A stretch of DNA of 63,681 nucleotides, filler included, from Collodictyon triciliatum (Eukaryota), in the NCBI GenBank assembly GCA_043381765.1. It is 36 parts of 36 records of this genome, joined end to end, with 100 filler letters (N's around TTAATTAATTAA, not from the genome) between each part and the next. Parts side by side here need not be neighbours in the genome. Positions count along the whole stretch, not along the records: positions 62,509 to 63,681 come from JBHJMP010010648.1; 35 more parts are not named here. One strand, given 5' to 3'. The position numbers and the translations under genes were made by a program. The first letter of the stretch is position 1. Every line of letters begins with the position of its first letter. Of the stretch, positions 63,061-63,681 are shown in pieces. The notes beneath the pieces were generated by a model, which saw nothing but the letters and a program-made list of their open reading frames with translations, searched no databases and was not told the origin of the DNA.

Positions 63061-63486
63061 TTACTGCATCTCCTGGAATCGCTGGGCCACTTTCTTCTGC
63101 TCCTGGGTCATGTTGGCCAGCAGCTTGGTGTCCTGTTGAGCTGAGTTGAGCAGCCCGATGAGACCGGCCCGAAACGAGGCGACATGCTGCTTGTCCCAGG
63201 GCTCGCCGTAGGTCAGAATGAAAGAGACGGCGACCTCAGCAGGCGGATTCTTTGCCAGCTTCTTGATGTAGTACCAGCCGTCCGTCCCAGGCAGTTTGAT
63301 GCAGATGTTGTAGTTTGAGCCTGCTGCGATTCCTGCGTCCAGCCACTTTTTCGATTCGCCCGCTTTGATCTCGCGTCGGCCGCGGCCATCATCTCCTGCG
63401 CCGCAGCTTTGTCCTGTCCAAAGAATGCAGACGTCGCAAAAGACTGGGAATGGCATGTCGTTGATCACGGAGAAGCCGACGCCCAT
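63061..63486 (-). CDS. Intronless 141-aa hypothetical protein
   Basis: GC-rich ORF MGVGFSVINDMPFPVFCDVC...RFQEMQ* with AT-rich flanks. Confidence 0.7.
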   Translation of the reverse strand: MGVGFSVINDMPFPVFCDVCILWTGQSCGAGDDGRGRREIKAGESKKWLDAGIAAGSNYNICIKLPGTDGWYYIKKLAKNPPAEVAVSFILTYGEPWDKQHVASFRAGLIGLLNSAQQDTKLLANMTQEQKKVAQRFQEMQ

Positions 63487-63681
63487 GTTCACGGTTTTCT
63501 TACGGTTTTTCTTGGGTTTCTTGTATTCTTTCTTGTCTTCTTGCGCCGCCGTAGGGGTGTGTTTTAGGCGGAGTTAGAAATAGAGTATGAGCGTGTGCTT
63601 TTTTCTTTTGTTTCGTTCCTCGGGTAAAAGATAAAATAAGGGGTTTTTTTATAAAAAAAAAAAAAAAAAAAAATAATAAAA

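Overview
This is not a contiguous locus. It is a pseudo-scaffold of about 36 unrelated eukaryotic contigs of roughly 1.64-1.65 kb, sorted by size and joined by an artificial 100-bp linker (N44-TTAATTAATTAA-N44). Most contigs break at microsatellites or homopolymers. The source is an intron-rich, AT-rich, aerobic and probably flagellated microbial eukaryote; I cannot identify the species from the sequence. Recognisable gene fragments: a Qc-SNARE, an LRR protein, PDK1, mitochondrial-type IleRS, an HS2ST/UST-like sulfotransferase, NDUFA7, a WDR49-like protein, an RRM protein, an IPT/TIG surface protein, a BEACH-family WD40 region, Lon, RhoGAP, monoglyceride lipase, RRP9, PSME4, a decayed alcohol dehydrogenase and a Helitron relic. 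Main observations: (1) a textbook U12-type AT-AC intron in the BEACH gene (33881-34015), implying a minor spliceosome; (2) at least four dispersed retroposon-like families, two of which leave very short (38-160 bp) A-tailed 3' stubs bounded by perfect 12-17 bp target-site duplications; (3) a syntaxin-8-like SNARE that appears to end in a CaaX box instead of a transmembrane anchor; (4) an LRR protein spliced onto an (AEDAR[K/R])n charged repeat that the ORF track reads in the wrong frame. All family assignments come from motif recognition by eye; no database search was run.
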